A DNA stretch of 64,000 nucleotides from Balanoglossus misakiensis (GCA_040954595.2 CM082586.2:5504509-5568508), one strand, 5' to 3'; counted from the first letter of the stretch, positions 14,901-36,338 are shown. Notes: generated by a model from the sequence alone, not told the origin. A program made the numbers and translations.

Positions 14901-16914
14901 AGGGTGTTATTTTAGCATCAAAACTACTTTCGCCGTTTCGGGTTATGCCACACTCTACATCATAAGGCCGGCTCGCGGGTAGCTAGTGACGTATTGAACT
15001 TTTTGTTCAAAGCTGGTTTAAAATTTACTTGTCAGACTATAGCTCGCTTAGTTTTGTTGAAAAGGTAATTTTGAAACGTTGAGAGGGAGAGAGAGAGTGC
15101 GCGAATGTGCGTGTTCAGAAGCGACACTTAGTCCTATACGTCCATAGGTAAACAAACGACGCCATCTTGGATATCAATCCGCGAGGAGATGCGGTCTCTC
15201 TCTCTCTCTCTCTCTCTTCTTGCAAATAATAAATGTTTAAGTTTCATCACTTCAGTTGTGGTTTTCAATACTAGTAATTTATAACCCAGGCCTACCGTCA
15301 TACCACCCGCCGCTCAGGTCTTCTTGCATAAATCCCTTGTCGTCCATAGCGGACGTTGCTCTCCAATCAAATGCCTGCTGGGCCGAAGGGATCCTGCCAG
15401 ATTTTTGTGCTTCGTAAAACAGTATTGAGTAGTTGAGCAACACGTCGAACCTGTGATGGAGCCCTTTGTGAATAAACAGACAAGAATCCTGTTCCGTTCA
15501 TGTACGTTTGGTCAGAAGTTACTTGAGGGGAAAAGGCGTTGACTTTTAAACCATGCACTTTGCCAGTAGTATATCGATAAATAATAAGATATCCAGAAAT
15601 ATCGTAGAACTCAAATTGGATTCTATAAAACTACATTGAAATTTCTGCTAAATTGCTTGTTTATAAGTAATTAATATCAGAATTACAGTTTTTTATATAA
15701 TAATAATAATCAAGTAGAACAGTTAGTATGTAAACTACATGTATTTTCAGAATGTTTTGAACTTGTTATCGCAAAGTAGTTCCAATAGAGTTTATAGTAT
15801 ACCACATTTAGCAAGGTAAAATTATAAATCTATTGCTAATTTGCATAATAAGACTGCGCCCAATTTTAAATTGCCAAATGTAAATAATTAAGCGCCTGTT
15901 TGTTGTAAAACTGTCAAGGCGATACACATTGGTGACAGAACCATCGCTATTACATTAGAAACGTTCCAACGTATCTATGAGCTTATGAAATGTAATTCGG
16001 TGTATTTATTTTATTGATGGAATATCAAACAAGGCTATAGTTCTCAACCCGAACAGGTTGTCATTGAATGCGGAATATTAAATTTGACAGCAAATTGCCC
16101 ATGATTACTTAGAGTGAAAATAATAAATGGCATAATTAATCGTGCGTCTTGAAAAAGAAGTTAGGTTTTACAGACAATGTTCATGTAAAATTCTACAGAG
16201 AAAGTTTCAATGCTGGAAGATGAAACCAATTATCCACATGCATTTCAAGGTGTTTTTTTCTATTTACGACATAATTAATCGTGCGTATTGAAAAAAAATG
16301 GAGTTATCAGACAATTTTCATAAAAAAATACTACAGAAATGAGTTTCAATCCTGGCAGATAAAAGCAAATTTTCCACTAGCATTTGGAGGTGTTTTCTTT
16401 TATTATATCGTGGCATCGTTCTTTTTAATTGTTGAATTGTTATTTGCAAAATTTCACAAAAATGACATTAATAAAAAATAGTGTATTCATGAAAAAGAGT
16501 GTATTAAGAAACTCGAAGAAAATCTTCGTTGGCATTATTGACTGAAATAAGACTTGCGAGGAAACAGACTACATTTTACGGCAAAGTAATTTTATGAGTT
16601 TTCAAAATTAGTGAGAATTTTCAGCAATCTCAACATAACTCACTTGCTGGTTTCACTTTTATGAAGTAATCGTCGAAATCGTCGTAATTTCGCTTCGTGA
16701 TGCTGTGGCCCTGGTCTCCCTCTCCGCTGTCGCCGTCGCCGCTTTCATCGTCGCCCTCTTCACAGTCGTTGTCGGGTTCATGCCACGCCACCGGCTCCTT
16801 GGACTCGTACGTGTAGCAGTCCGTGCGGCCGGTGCTCTCCTCAACGGAATTCATGCACCGCGAATCCGCCAGTGTCGCCAGCAGGGCAAGGAGCGCGAGC
16901 CCGCGCCAAAACAT
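11963..16914 (-). CDS. Secreted glycoside hydrolase family 9 endo-beta-1,4-glucanase (animal cellulase), 10 exons
   Basis: Approximate exons: 16914-16644, 15463-15296, 14749-14563, 14350-14187, 14053-13955, 13591-13427, 13169-13021, 12862-12692, 12421-12227, 12042-11963. Signal peptide MFWRGLALLALLATLADS; GH9 motifs LFYEAQKSG, DLSGGWYDAGDNVKF (catalytic Asp pair), DELVWAATW, WGSLRYA, SFVIGYG..PPCKPHHR, GALVGGP, DYYHNEVACDYNAGF (catalytic Glu). Confidence 0.92.
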
Positions 16915-17019
16915 ACCCGTTCGTCACGTTGGAAATACTAAGAGTTTATAACTGCTAAGAAATGTGCCCGGTACGTGTCTGTCTCGCGAAATTACGGCGA
17001 AAGAAGATTCGTTCCCCCC

Positions 17020-17048
17020 TTTTATACGTTCATAGTCACAGCAACCAA
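17020..17048 (-). promoter_or_regulatory. TATA box (TATAAAA on minus strand) and CCAAT motif upstream of the GH9 gene
   Basis: ttttata at 17020-17026, about 105 bp upstream of the ATG at 16914; ccaat at about 17045. Confidence 0.5.
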
Positions 17049-19380
17049 TAAATGCAATAACTGGCTCTCTTTCTTTTAATTAATAAGAAGCTTGGCCCAC
17101 CACTGGCTCTATGATGGCCACCCCCGGGGAGCGACGTGGGTGTAACGTTACACATTAAAGAAAATAAATAATAGGATAGCCAATATGAACATGCCACACA
17201 AAACACATTTCAAGTACAATCACCAACATCGACAGAAACATGAGCGCCTCATGCGCGCTCCCATAATTTTTTTGCCCAGCGGGTTCTCCCCACCGTAGCG
17301 GGCGGTATTTGACGTTTACCCGAAGGCCAACCAATAGTTTTCTACTAATAGGGTCCTTGCAGCACAAACTGCATTCACTGAAGCTGACGATGAATGTTGT
17401 GGAAAACGCACAATGTTGGCAAGGGCGTTAGGTGTATTCAATATACTTGTATAGGCTATTTTCTCCATTATTCGCAAATTTGACAAACACGGACCTTGAA
17501 TATCTTATGTGCAAACCAATTTCCATTTTCAATATTTTCATCAGTAGACTTAATGAGCTCAGTGGTGATACTAAATTCGTTTTAACTTCAAACTTGTTTT
17601 TGCCACGAAGTTTCAGGAATAAATGCTTTTAATCCCCACCCTTTAACGCAAATAGGTTCAGGTAGTACATGTACCATCTGGCCTGTACTCACTGTAGTGG
17701 GATCGTTAGCGTTGATTGATAATATAGAAGTTTCCTGCGGAGGGCGTTTTAAACCTCAAATAGAGTATGCAAAGAACAGGGGGAAATTCAAGAGCTAGCG
17801 CTATTTTAATAGGTGAAATCCACAGGGTGTTTTAATTTTTTGTTCTCAAGTTTTAAACCTCTATTAACTATGTTTAAACGAAATATTACATGATCCTTGT
17901 GTAAACCGTGGAAGTACCATGTACACACAAAGTTCTCAACGATAGGTTCCCTCGTGTCCAGGGACTTCGGAAACTAAGCGTGTGTGCTTTAAGCGGTTTT
18001 GTGTTCAATGACAAAGATTAGTCACGTATCCATCACTGTAGTACCGTTCAGACAGTATTTAATGTTCTGCACGAGTGTCCCTTTTGGCGTCACGTTGGTA
18101 TGTGACCTGATTAGGTTTTTGAAGTTGAAATAAGCCATCTGTCTCATTATTCAAAATTCTTCGACTGTCAAACCGCCTGGCCTCAATTCCTGTCATTTAT
18201 TGTGCAGTTTCACATTCTCGTGCCAATCGCTCAGTGCATTAACGGGACTAGTTTAATGCCCAGGTCGTTTCTGCACGGGCAGACCATATACTCTCCCTTC
18301 GCGCATTTTCTGTATCCTGTGAAGTGTTTTTTAGAAACAAAAGTCCAGCAATGCTTCTATTTAATTATGTCGATCCAGTTTACGCAATCATCCAGACTGG
18401 TTGCTGAAATATGTCATTTCGTCGCTCGCTTGGCCATGCCACTGCAAACATCTGATCCACCTGTTGTCATATTATGCAAATTTCTTGACGTCTTAACTCG
18501 TCGGGGGAAATCATGTCACCGAATAAGAGACACATTCACCAAGCACCACTATGACGAACACTATTAACGCATCCCAATGCGACGCATGGGAAGTTATTAA
18601 CGCTGCTGTCAAAACAAAATATCTAAAAGTAATGAAAAATCGACAAAAATGTGGCAATCTTAATTAATCTCAACCTTCATGTAACCAGTGTGAACTTGAA
18701 CCCAAGAATATGCAGCGCCGATCGTTCATGACAATTGTGTTTTCAGGCCCTGGGATGGAAATATTAGAAATGAGTATTTGTTTTTCGCGATTAAAAATTT
18801 AACTTCGGGACAGCTCCTTACTCATTTTTCTGCTGAAATTGGATACGTGCCAAAATATGATTTACGTTTATCACTGAGCGTGAATTTTTAAAACGTCCTT
18901 GGAGTTGTGTGATTGGTCCCCGCTGCTCGCCGTGAGAGCCAATCATGCCAATTGACGTTTCCAACGGTTCCCTACACACAAGCGCAGCGTCTGTAGCGCA
19001 GCATGGCGTGGCGTTCTGGGAGAATCAATATTCTTGTGATTGTCCAAATCATTCAACAGAATCGCATTCCACTGAAGTTCGTCAAATCCAAGGACCGAAA
19101 AATCAACGCCAACAACAAATTGTTGAACGATTGACATTTTAAACAATTACTACATGGGGTGCATTTTAATATAACCAATTCCATAGTCAATATTATATGA
19201 ACAAAGAAATCAATAGCACCTAAATTTTACACAGGACGATGGAAATCTAGCGAACGTGTGAAAACTACAATTTATCGTTTGCGAATGCCAGAGGTTCAGA
19301 CAACCTCTCTGTTTGATACACAGAACAAAAATACCAGCAAAACGTTACAGCTAATATCCATTTAATCTTTCTGAGCAGGC

Positions 19381-19482
19381 CCAAATATTGTGATGGATTT
19401 GTTCGTTTTCATTTTCAGCTGACAGGTACCGCCAAATATTGTGATGGATTTGTTCGTTTTCATTTTCAGCTGACAGGTACCG
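19381..19482. repeat. Perfect 51-bp tandem duplication
   Basis: ccaaatattgtgatggatttgttcgttttcattttcagctgacaggtaccg occurs at 19381 and again at 19432. Confidence 0.9.
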
Positions 19483-19774
19483 TGATCAATTTATTCCATA
19501 AAGATTGGTTTACATAGGATAATTTCTCATATAATCTGGTCATATTTCACCATATTAAAGCATCCGAGCCAGTGACTGAATTTTACACGTGATTTACAAA
19601 CTCAAATTGTGACATGTCATTGTACTAACCTGGCTAAGATATGTGTGCACGTGTGTGTGTGTATGTGTGTGTATGTGTGTCTGTTTGTTTGTTTGTTTGT
19701 TTGTTTGTTAGACTTTAATAGACACGGTATTGAAACCTTTAATAAAACGGAATGCAGCAAAAAAAAAGATATAT

Positions 19775-19846
19775 TTCCCTAGCCGGGAATTGAACCCGGG
19801 CCTTGTGGGTGAAAGCCACATATCCTAGCCACTAGACCACTAGGGA
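19775..19846 (-). tRNA. tRNA-Glu (anticodon TTC)
   Basis: 72 nt TCCCTAGTGGTCTAGTGGCTAGGATATGTGG-CTTTCAC-CCACAAGGCCCGGGTTCAATTCCCGGCTAGGGAA; acceptor stem pairs, A and B boxes present, poly-T terminator at 19759-19767. Confidence 0.93.
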
Positions 19847-20476
19847 TGACTGAATATTACAAATGCCATATTTTGTTTCGAAATAACGGCAAAGGCTTCC
19901 AAGAGGCATGTGGTGAACACAGTTGTGTCCACAAAGGCATACCCTCGATAATTAATCGTGTGATCCTGGTTAAAACTACACGAATGCATTACCACTGCGA
20001 CACAGGTATTGACCATATTCTCAGAAATTAGTGAATTTCATGACGGTCACGGCGGCCAATTTGCCTATATATTGATTTATAATGGAGTCCAAGTATAGGG
20101 TGTAAAACTCCGTAATAATAAAACACATGAAAGATCTATCATTATGATTTTTCATTCATACATATACCTGTGGGCTACGTACTGCCCTGGTTTACAAAGG
20201 TAACTAGAACCCAATTACTACCGGCTCAAAGTGACACTTATAATGATGCATATCTGTCATCATGGAAATGATCGATTTCAATTAATTAATACCCGAGATC
20301 ACATTCTCCTTGGTAATAAATCCATTAATTAATTTGCTTGATTGAAATAAGGTAAATATATCACTCATAATGAACAGTTAACTGCCTGCTTCAAGTTTCA
20401 GGATTTTTGAAATAGGAAACTCGCTTTGACTTCTGTAGAATGACGGATCATTCAAATTGACTGGTTTGATGCGTAT

Positions 20477-20505
20477 ACATATCCTAGCCACTAGACCACT
20501 AGGGA
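20477..20505 (-). pseudogene. 5' fragment (about 29 nt) of the same tRNA-Glu
   Basis: TCCCTAGTGGTCTAGTGGCTAGGATATGT is identical to the neighbouring tRNAs, then diverges inside the anticodon stem. Confidence 0.8.
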
Positions 20506-20822
20506 AATCTGACTGCCGTTTACTTGGTAATATTAAAAAAACAAGGTTGATGATGACGCCATTGATGGTAGGGTCCATCGAGTCGTAGATTATAATTTTC
20601 AGGTGTAAGATTTAATATAATTGTATATTTTAAAAATATGTCTCGATATATTAACGGTGACGAATGCACATTGTGTTGATAAGATTTTCCGGAATTGCAA
20701 AAGAATGAAATCGTTAATTGTTAAATTTTAATATAAAAATTCTTCTGTTTCCTTTGAAGATAATAATCTTTGTACTCTAATATTAGTGCATATTAAAAGA
20801 AATGCAAAATAAAATAGTAGCG

Positions 20823-20894
20823 TTCCCTAGCCGGGAATCGAACCCGGGCCTTGTGGGTGAAAGCCACATATCCTAGCCACTAGACCACTAGGGA
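20823..20894 (-). tRNA. tRNA-Glu (anticodon TTC), second copy
   Basis: Identical to 19775-19846 except for a canonical GTTCGA T-loop. Confidence 0.95.
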
Positions 20895-21956
20895 TGACTG
20901 ATTAACACAAGCGGACGTCACCTTGAAATTAAGAAGATTGGCTAAATTTCGATTACTGCGCGTGCGTTTTTATACATGCGGTCACTAGTGAACTTTACAC
21001 GAAAGAAAATGTACTGCATGGCGAGAACTCTATTTCAAGTAATGCAATAATTATGCAAGATAGATTGTTTTTTCCCAAATTATGGATGGAGTCCCAACGA
21101 AGTCACAGTGATTTGTGAGTGTGCGTATGGCGTTTGAAGTTGAAAGCAGGGATGTACCACGGGCAGAGTGTAACCGAACTCGACTCTCCTCAACCCCGTG
21201 CTGTTAATTGATAATGGAAAACGATGAATGTCACTCTTGGAAGAGAATGATGAACGAACACTGGCAGTCATGTTTGATCGAGCTGGAAGTGTCTGCCGCG
21301 ACCGGAAATGTCTCGGCTTTGACAGGAAATGAACAAAAATGACAAGCTTTGGCCATGCAAGGGTGCATGAACAGATCAAATGATTCGATTTCGCTGACTG
21401 GAGCATGCAGTCAACTGATATCAATTTCGATACTCGTAGTCTATTACCACATGTATCTATCACTTTTAATCCGCGCGGCATGGTTGATTATTATGAAAAG
21501 AGAAGTGTTGGACGTGGCAGCATAGCAGCGAACTTTTTTGATTTGATTTGATTGATAGTGACAGAATATATTTCCGACATATGGCGACGCGCTGTGTTAG
21601 TGTACAATGCGTGTATAAAGTACACAAGTACAGATATAGTTTTCTTGGGTATAGCATTTTCGGCTGATTCTCCCCGGGATTCAGCTCCACCATTCAGCCC
21701 ACGAGGACCGTAGTCGAGCCAGCCGTATAACTTCCAACAGCCTATGGCAGAGGTCAAGCTGGTGGATAAGGTCTGGAGAGTATTCCGTCAACCACTATGC
21801 ATGCACTGGGTAAGGTGCTTATAAATGTGTCACAAAATCAGGAGAGTATCTTACATTTATGTGACCTTCAATGAACTAGCGTGAAAGTATTTTACAGATT
21901 CGAATAATTTAAAAGCAAGATTAAAAGCATCCATCCCCCAGTATTTTCTCGGTACT

Positions 21957-24829
<2,873 letters not shown>

Positions 24830-25709
24830 GGTGATTTTTCTTTGGAGAGAAAATATTTCGTTATTGAGGATTTTCGCAAGGGTGCTCTACAAATAAAAGG
24901 ACATCGGACGTTCTTCACAGCGTTTCTGGAGAGCCATTCGGGTTCGTGATCAGAAAAATTGACGGTATATGTCACTAAACAGACAAACGTTTTCGGTCAA
25001 TCGTGATCTTAACCGTCAACCAACTATACTGGTATGGGGAGTAGAACATACCACTCAATAAGGGAAAAAGTCTTTACCGTATGCGTGGTCCTTACCTGTA
25101 AAGCTGTCGACACTTCGAAGTCGTTGAAACAAGTGGTCGAGCTACAGCAGACCCGACTTCTACTTATACGACAACTTATCGTAATCCCTTCCGCAGATTG
25201 GAAACCTCTCGTGAAAAGAAGGCGTGACGAAACGCCCAGCTGTGGCGCTCTCATCAAGTTACGTAATAAGTCATACATGCAAATCGCCTTTGTTGATAAA
25301 TTGTTCCATCAATATCTGAAGAACTGCTGATATTATTGATATGAAATTTGGTACAAAGTTGCTTATGCGAGTAGTGTCGGAGCAGCGTCCTCCAGCAACG
25401 GACATTATTTTGGTTGTTTCTTTATGTTGTTCATCGATCAACTCACTAAAAGAAACACAACCTTATATTCTTTGTGGCACGTGTCGAACCTACTTCCACA
25501 TACACAAAGGAAAATGACAAGACGTGGTACACCAGTTTCATTAAAATATGTAATTCCAACTTTTATTTTACTTTGCACTTAAATAAGGCGAAATGCAGAA
25601 ATTTACATTCGCATTCACTTGAAAACACTTATTTGGCGCGGTTGACTTTCGCGGATTTTCGCTTGACCAAGTCTAGACAATCAGTCAACCACGTTCTCCA
25701 AACTTTTTC

Positions 25710-28481
<2,772 letters not shown>

Positions 28482-29641
28482 TGTTCTGAGGACAAATAGA
28501 AATAACGTATTAGCCCATGATTAGCCATACGATGTTAAGAAATGTTTTGTCCGTTGAAGTATTCCGTCAGGTGAAAATGTAGACCTGAATCACGAATGCA
28601 TTTTTGATGAATCGTAGTCTAAATCTAAAACCAACTCTCTAAGTACAAGAGCATATCCGCATCAAATAATTTGACGTTACCTTAGTCTTTTGCTGCAAAG
28701 TAGTTAACACTTCGAAGTCGATGGAAGCAGTGATCGAGCTAACCGAGGCGACGCTTACTTATGCGACACTTATCGTAATCCTTTCCGCATATCGGAAACC
28801 TGGCTCGCGTGACTAAAGCGTTATGTCTGCGTCCGGGGCTGTCGTAATCCCTGGCCAGCTGTGGCGCTCTCATCAATTTGTATAACAGTCATTCCAAGTT
28901 CATATGCTCTTGCACAATCGTGAATGACAATTTCTTATTAAATTATCGTAGTGTTTTACCTACAAAACAAAAGTTTCATCGAATGCATGTTGGTGTGTCT
29001 GCCTATACATGTACATGTATATGGGTCGTTGCGCTTTGCAGAACATAAAGGTACATGTACTAGTATACATATTTTGGTTAGGAAGTGTCATTGGAAATAA
29101 CAAGGACTGATTAAGACGGTCATCGATAAGTTACACACGATGGATAATCCGTCGCCCACGGAATTTAAAATTTAGAGAAGGAAACTTCTTTGCCATTTGG
29201 ATCGAACCACAATATACTAGGGTATGCCGTCACTGGCGTATGCAAGAGAAAAGGGAAAATACTGGCCGCCGCGTGTTCTAACACGTGAGCTAATGTACAG
29301 GTCACTGTTTACACAGAGGTCACGTCAGTGGCCATTTTTTCCCCATTTTGCGAAAACGGTGCAAGAGTTCTGGTTGCATTTAGTCACTATTAAGCCTTTG
29401 CGACGACCATTAAATCCGTGTGTGCGAATTTAAGCTACCTTCCAATCGATTTCTCGTAATTACATCCAAGTATAACACCTTCAACAATGAATAACAGAAA
29501 AACAAAAGCACGTATGGAGAAAATCGCAGACGTGTGGGCGTTTTGGGGGGTTCATTGTGTTGGCAAGGTGCAAATGAACGTGAAATGACCAGGTGCCAAA
29601 AAGTACTGCCAATAGTATCGATCTGCTTTAATACAAAGCCG

Positions 29642-30728
29642 AATAATTACGGACTTCATTCTATTGGCTGGTAAGCTATATTTGCATTTGAGCTCCGCCC
29701 ACTGATTGACGTAACACATCAAACGCTTCTCTCTATGCTAATTACCTACCGCTACTCGATTGAAAATAGTGTGAAGCTCGTTCAACGCATTTCTATTTGC
29801 ATTTAGGCTTCGCCCACTGATTGACTTCACATATCAAAAACTTCGCTATGCTAATTACCTACCGCTACGCTATATTTGCATTTTGATGAAATACTCCGGA
29901 AAAATCATTCAGCTTTTTAAGCAGACTCCACCGCTCAAGTAATCCACTTGTAGCCAGTGTTTTATCACTATCAGTGTTCTCAAAGAGTGTACTTTGGGAG
30001 ATTTGGAGTAGACGATTGTTTTAATGTTTTTATGGTGTTTAGTTTTGCTATGGATTATTTTATAATCTGAAATAAAGATGTAATAATAATAATAAAAAGT
30101 AGATGGAAAATAATTACGGACTTCATTCTATTGGCTGGTACGCTATATTTGCATTTGAGCTCCGCCCACTGATTGACTTCGCATATCTAAAGCTTCGCTA
30201 TGCTAATTACCTACCGCTACTGGATGGAAAAATAATTACGGACTTCATTCTTTTGGCTGGTACGCTATATTTGCATTTGAGCTCCGCCCACTGATTGACT
30301 TTGCATATCTAAAGCCTCGCTATGCTAATTACCTACCGCTACTGGATGGAAAAATAATTACGGACTTCATTCTTTTGGCTGGTACGCTATATTTGCATTT
30401 GAGCTCCGCCCACTGATTGACTTCACATATCAAATGCTTCGCTATGCTAATTACCTACCGCTACTCGATTGAAAATAATTATGGACCTCATTCTACTACT
30501 GTAGATGGTACGCTATATTTGCATTTGAGCTCCGCCCACTGATTGACTTCACATATCAAAAGCTTCGCTATGCTAATTACCTACCGCTACTCGATTGAAA
30601 ATAATTATGGACCTCATTCTACTACTGTAGATGGTACGCTATATTTGCATTTGAGCTCCGCCCACTGATTGACTTCACGTATCAAAAGCTTCGCTATGCT
30701 AATTACCTACCGCTACTGGATGGAAAAT
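29642..30728. repeat. Tandem array of a ~121-126-bp unit (5 full copies at 30109-30728, plus 2 degenerate copies at 29642-29880)
   Basis: Unit starts aataatta(c/t)ggac at 29642, 30109, 30231, 30353, 30474 and 30600; each unit carries atttgcat, ctccgccc, tgattgac and atgctaat. Confidence 0.93.
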
Positions 30729-31419
30729 AGCGTTTTCAGTACAGATGTGGTGTGCCTTTGACATGAAACGCGTGTAAAGGCCCGACACGCAATGACTGTC
30801 TGAGTCAGCATCTCCGCGTCCGGACATGGAAACCTCGACAAACATGTCAAGACAACGCTATTTACACCGCTACATTTTTAGTTCAATTGCGGGCCACCTT
30901 TGACAAGGATAATTAATGTAAAATAATGTAACGTATTTGTCCAATTCAATTATACAAATTGTAGAAACTGAAATTCTCGTATATCACCTGACAAGGTGCA
31001 ACGTAGGCAACATGTAAGTGTCTATTGCTATGGCCATATCATAGACGGGTGAGATAATGAACTCCCATGAAATGACTGATTATAGTGCCGTCGATCATTC
31101 TGATGTAGTAGTTGCTTTATATTATGACATATACCGTCTATTTTCAATATAATAATGAACTGGGCAACACCATGTTCGTTCTACGTAATACGTGTCGTAC
31201 CCACTTTTACACGCATTATGGAAATTGAAAACACATGAGACATAGGTTTCATTCAAATTTGCAATTTCAACCTTTATTTAGCTTTGCATTTAAAGTAATA
31301 CGAAGTGTTGAAATTTACATCACATTCACTGAAAACACTTATTGTGCACGGTTGACTTTCGTTGATTTTCGCTTGAACAAGTTTGCACAATCAATCAACC
31401 ACGTTCTCCAAACTTTTCC

Positions 31420-34174
<2,755 letters not shown>

Positions 34175-35099
34175 GGTGGTTTTCTGAAAGGCAAACGAAT
34201 TTGTAACTAAATGGGTTCGGGTAGTATTTTTCAGCTTTCTGCCACAAAAAAACTCGACTGAAGTATCAGGAAGCGGCGAGATTCAAGAATTACAACGGCA
34301 GCCTTACCTTTTGTGTTTGGTCTGTTACCTCTTCGGTTCAGAAACTCAAAAGCGAATGGCCGAGTCTGCCGAACTGACCCCTACTTGTACGAAAATTTAT
34401 CTTAATCCTTTCCGCCGATCGGATCTCCACTCAGCCCACACGTGACACGAAGATGCCACCTGTTTCTTTCACATCCGTTCAAGTCAGGGTCCTTATCTCA
34501 AGCTTTTCACGTAACAAGCGACTCTAATTAAAAAAAATCGAGGTGCTGTACGTTGCAGCTTTCGGGGTATTGGACATTTACAAAGTTACCCGTTTGAATG
34601 TGCACTATAGACATTCCCGTCTCATATTGTCGCCTATTCTTACATATAAGGTCAGACTTCAAGTGGAGTCTACCGTAAGGCAAGATGTGGCGATGGCCTT
34701 GTTCGACATCAAACAGAAGTGGTTATAAGATGGTCGCAAATTTCATAAGGGGAATCTTTGTCTTTACTTGTTTCATGGCCTGAGTTTGACTTTGGCTGCA
34801 ATATGTTGATGACAAACCTGCTGTGAGTCAAATCCATTTCCATTTCACTTGTTGTGCCAACAGGCCCATTGTCACCCTGATTGAATGCTTTTGCAGCATC
34901 AGAAGGGACGGATTCATCATGATTCGGCCATGAAACGAAGTCATCAGACATCGAAATATAAAATGCCAGCCCACTTGCGACTGCATTTCTTGCTCTTCTC
35001 TAGACTCGACCTTCTCACAGCAGCTTGACCCGGCCCCCATTTGCAATCATTTTAGTGAGTGTGCGGCCTCGACGTTCAGCGAGCAGACCGAACACCACG

Positions 35100-36338
35100 C
35101 TGGCTACATGTGCCTGTCTTGCTTAGCCCAACCGTTGAGGACGCATCAGTGTACGGTATTTCAAGAGCCACGTACCGGAACGTGAGCTGAGAGTGAAGAC
35201 GGTTTCAGCAGTCGATCGCCACCTAGAGACAGAATGTATATGCTGCTATGATTTATGTTTCACGGCTGTTATAAGATGTAAAGTTAAAAATTGAACATAC
35301 ACAGTCATTGGTAACATGGAAACAATTTACAATCTGAAGTTTTAGTAGTCTGATAAAATTCCGCCCGTTTGTGACCTGTAGTTGTATGTATGCCAAGTGG
35401 CAAATCACAGTTGATACGGTATCGCGTGATCAGACAGCAATCGATATTTTACTGAACGAATTAACTGACAAGACCCGAATAAAACGAAACAAGATTCTAA
35501 ACCGACTTGAGTATTCAAGAGAAGTGTCAAGTGTTACAAAATTACATATCAAATATGTTTTATCGGATGCATATTCCTCACACAAGCCAAGAGATGTCAT
35601 TTCGCAGCACATCGTGCACACTTGTTTAATGTTTGTACCCGTTGTCAAGGGAACATCGACCAGGGACTGCTGTCAGCCATGAAACAAAAGCCACGCGGCA
35701 CAATTAATCAAACTGTTTATCACGCATCTGACAATGAGAAGCTTGAGGAGATGATCGACTTTAATCTATAGTTGGTTAATGTCCTACCTTTGAAACCAGC
35801 TCATCATGTCCTGATGGTCTGTAGATGATACGCAAAATCTGTACCGCACACATAGACAAACTGACTCCCTTCACCACTTCCATGCATGTTTAGTGTAAAT
35901 CAAATAAACGGCAAATCGTCAGTTAAAGGGGTCGTATACATAGGACACAGATTTATCAGCAGGTTTGTCATTGTAAATCTTGATATAGCGACACCAATGG
36001 TCGCATTAGCACGGGTAGAACCGGATGTTTGAATTGTGTCTGTCTGTTTGCAGTGTTTCATTCCATCTGATGACTATAAAGGAAAAATCAAAACAGGCAA
36101 AAAGCAAGGTTTATCGTTTAATAGGTTTTTCGAATTAGCTTTAACACTTGAAGATAAGTAGAGATTACATCTTAAAGAAGCCACGAGCCACCCAAGCGTT
36201 CGTAAAGAAGTAATGAATTAAAACCATTTGAGAAAATGAAAGTAAACTTGTTAAACCCAAACGCATCAACTAAGTACATCTGGTGTACACTATTGATAAA
36301 CAAATGAAAGCCTGCATAATAGATGAGCAGATGTGGAC
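35100..36338 (-). pseudogene. Decayed exons resembling a STING (TMEM173) ligand-binding domain (tentative)
   Basis: Three splice-bounded segments (about 36338-36278, 36070-35788, 35223-35100) give colinear peptides GPHLLIYYAGFHLFI / IRWNETL..VLPVLMRPL..ADKSVSYV / VCGTDFAYHLQTI..AGFK / GDRLL..LEIPYTDASSTVGLS, interrupted by stops and frameshifts. Confidence 0.35.
35349..35557. repeat. ~200-bp dispersed repeat, inverted copy of 53455-53667
   Basis: e.g. gacccgaataaaacgaaacaagattctaaaccgacttgagtattcaaga here, and its reverse complement at about 53498-53541. Confidence 0.85.

Noticed and set aside
16131-16400. Degenerate ~139-bp tandem duplication in GH9 intron 1
   Set aside because: Ordinary old intronic duplication with no functional signature.
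21080-21757. ORFs 21080-21481 and 21491-21757
   Set aside because: No recognisable motifs or convincing splice structure.
29642-30728. 122-bp array as CRISPR, 5S rRNA or snRNA repeat
   Set aside because: No spacers and no recognisable 5S or snRNA sequence; only TF-like motifs.
34709-35000. ORF 34709-34951 and the upstream NAVASGLAFY peptide as a second STING start motif
   Set aside because: Out of order relative to the other STING-like segments, preceded by an in-frame stop, and downstream residues show no similarity.
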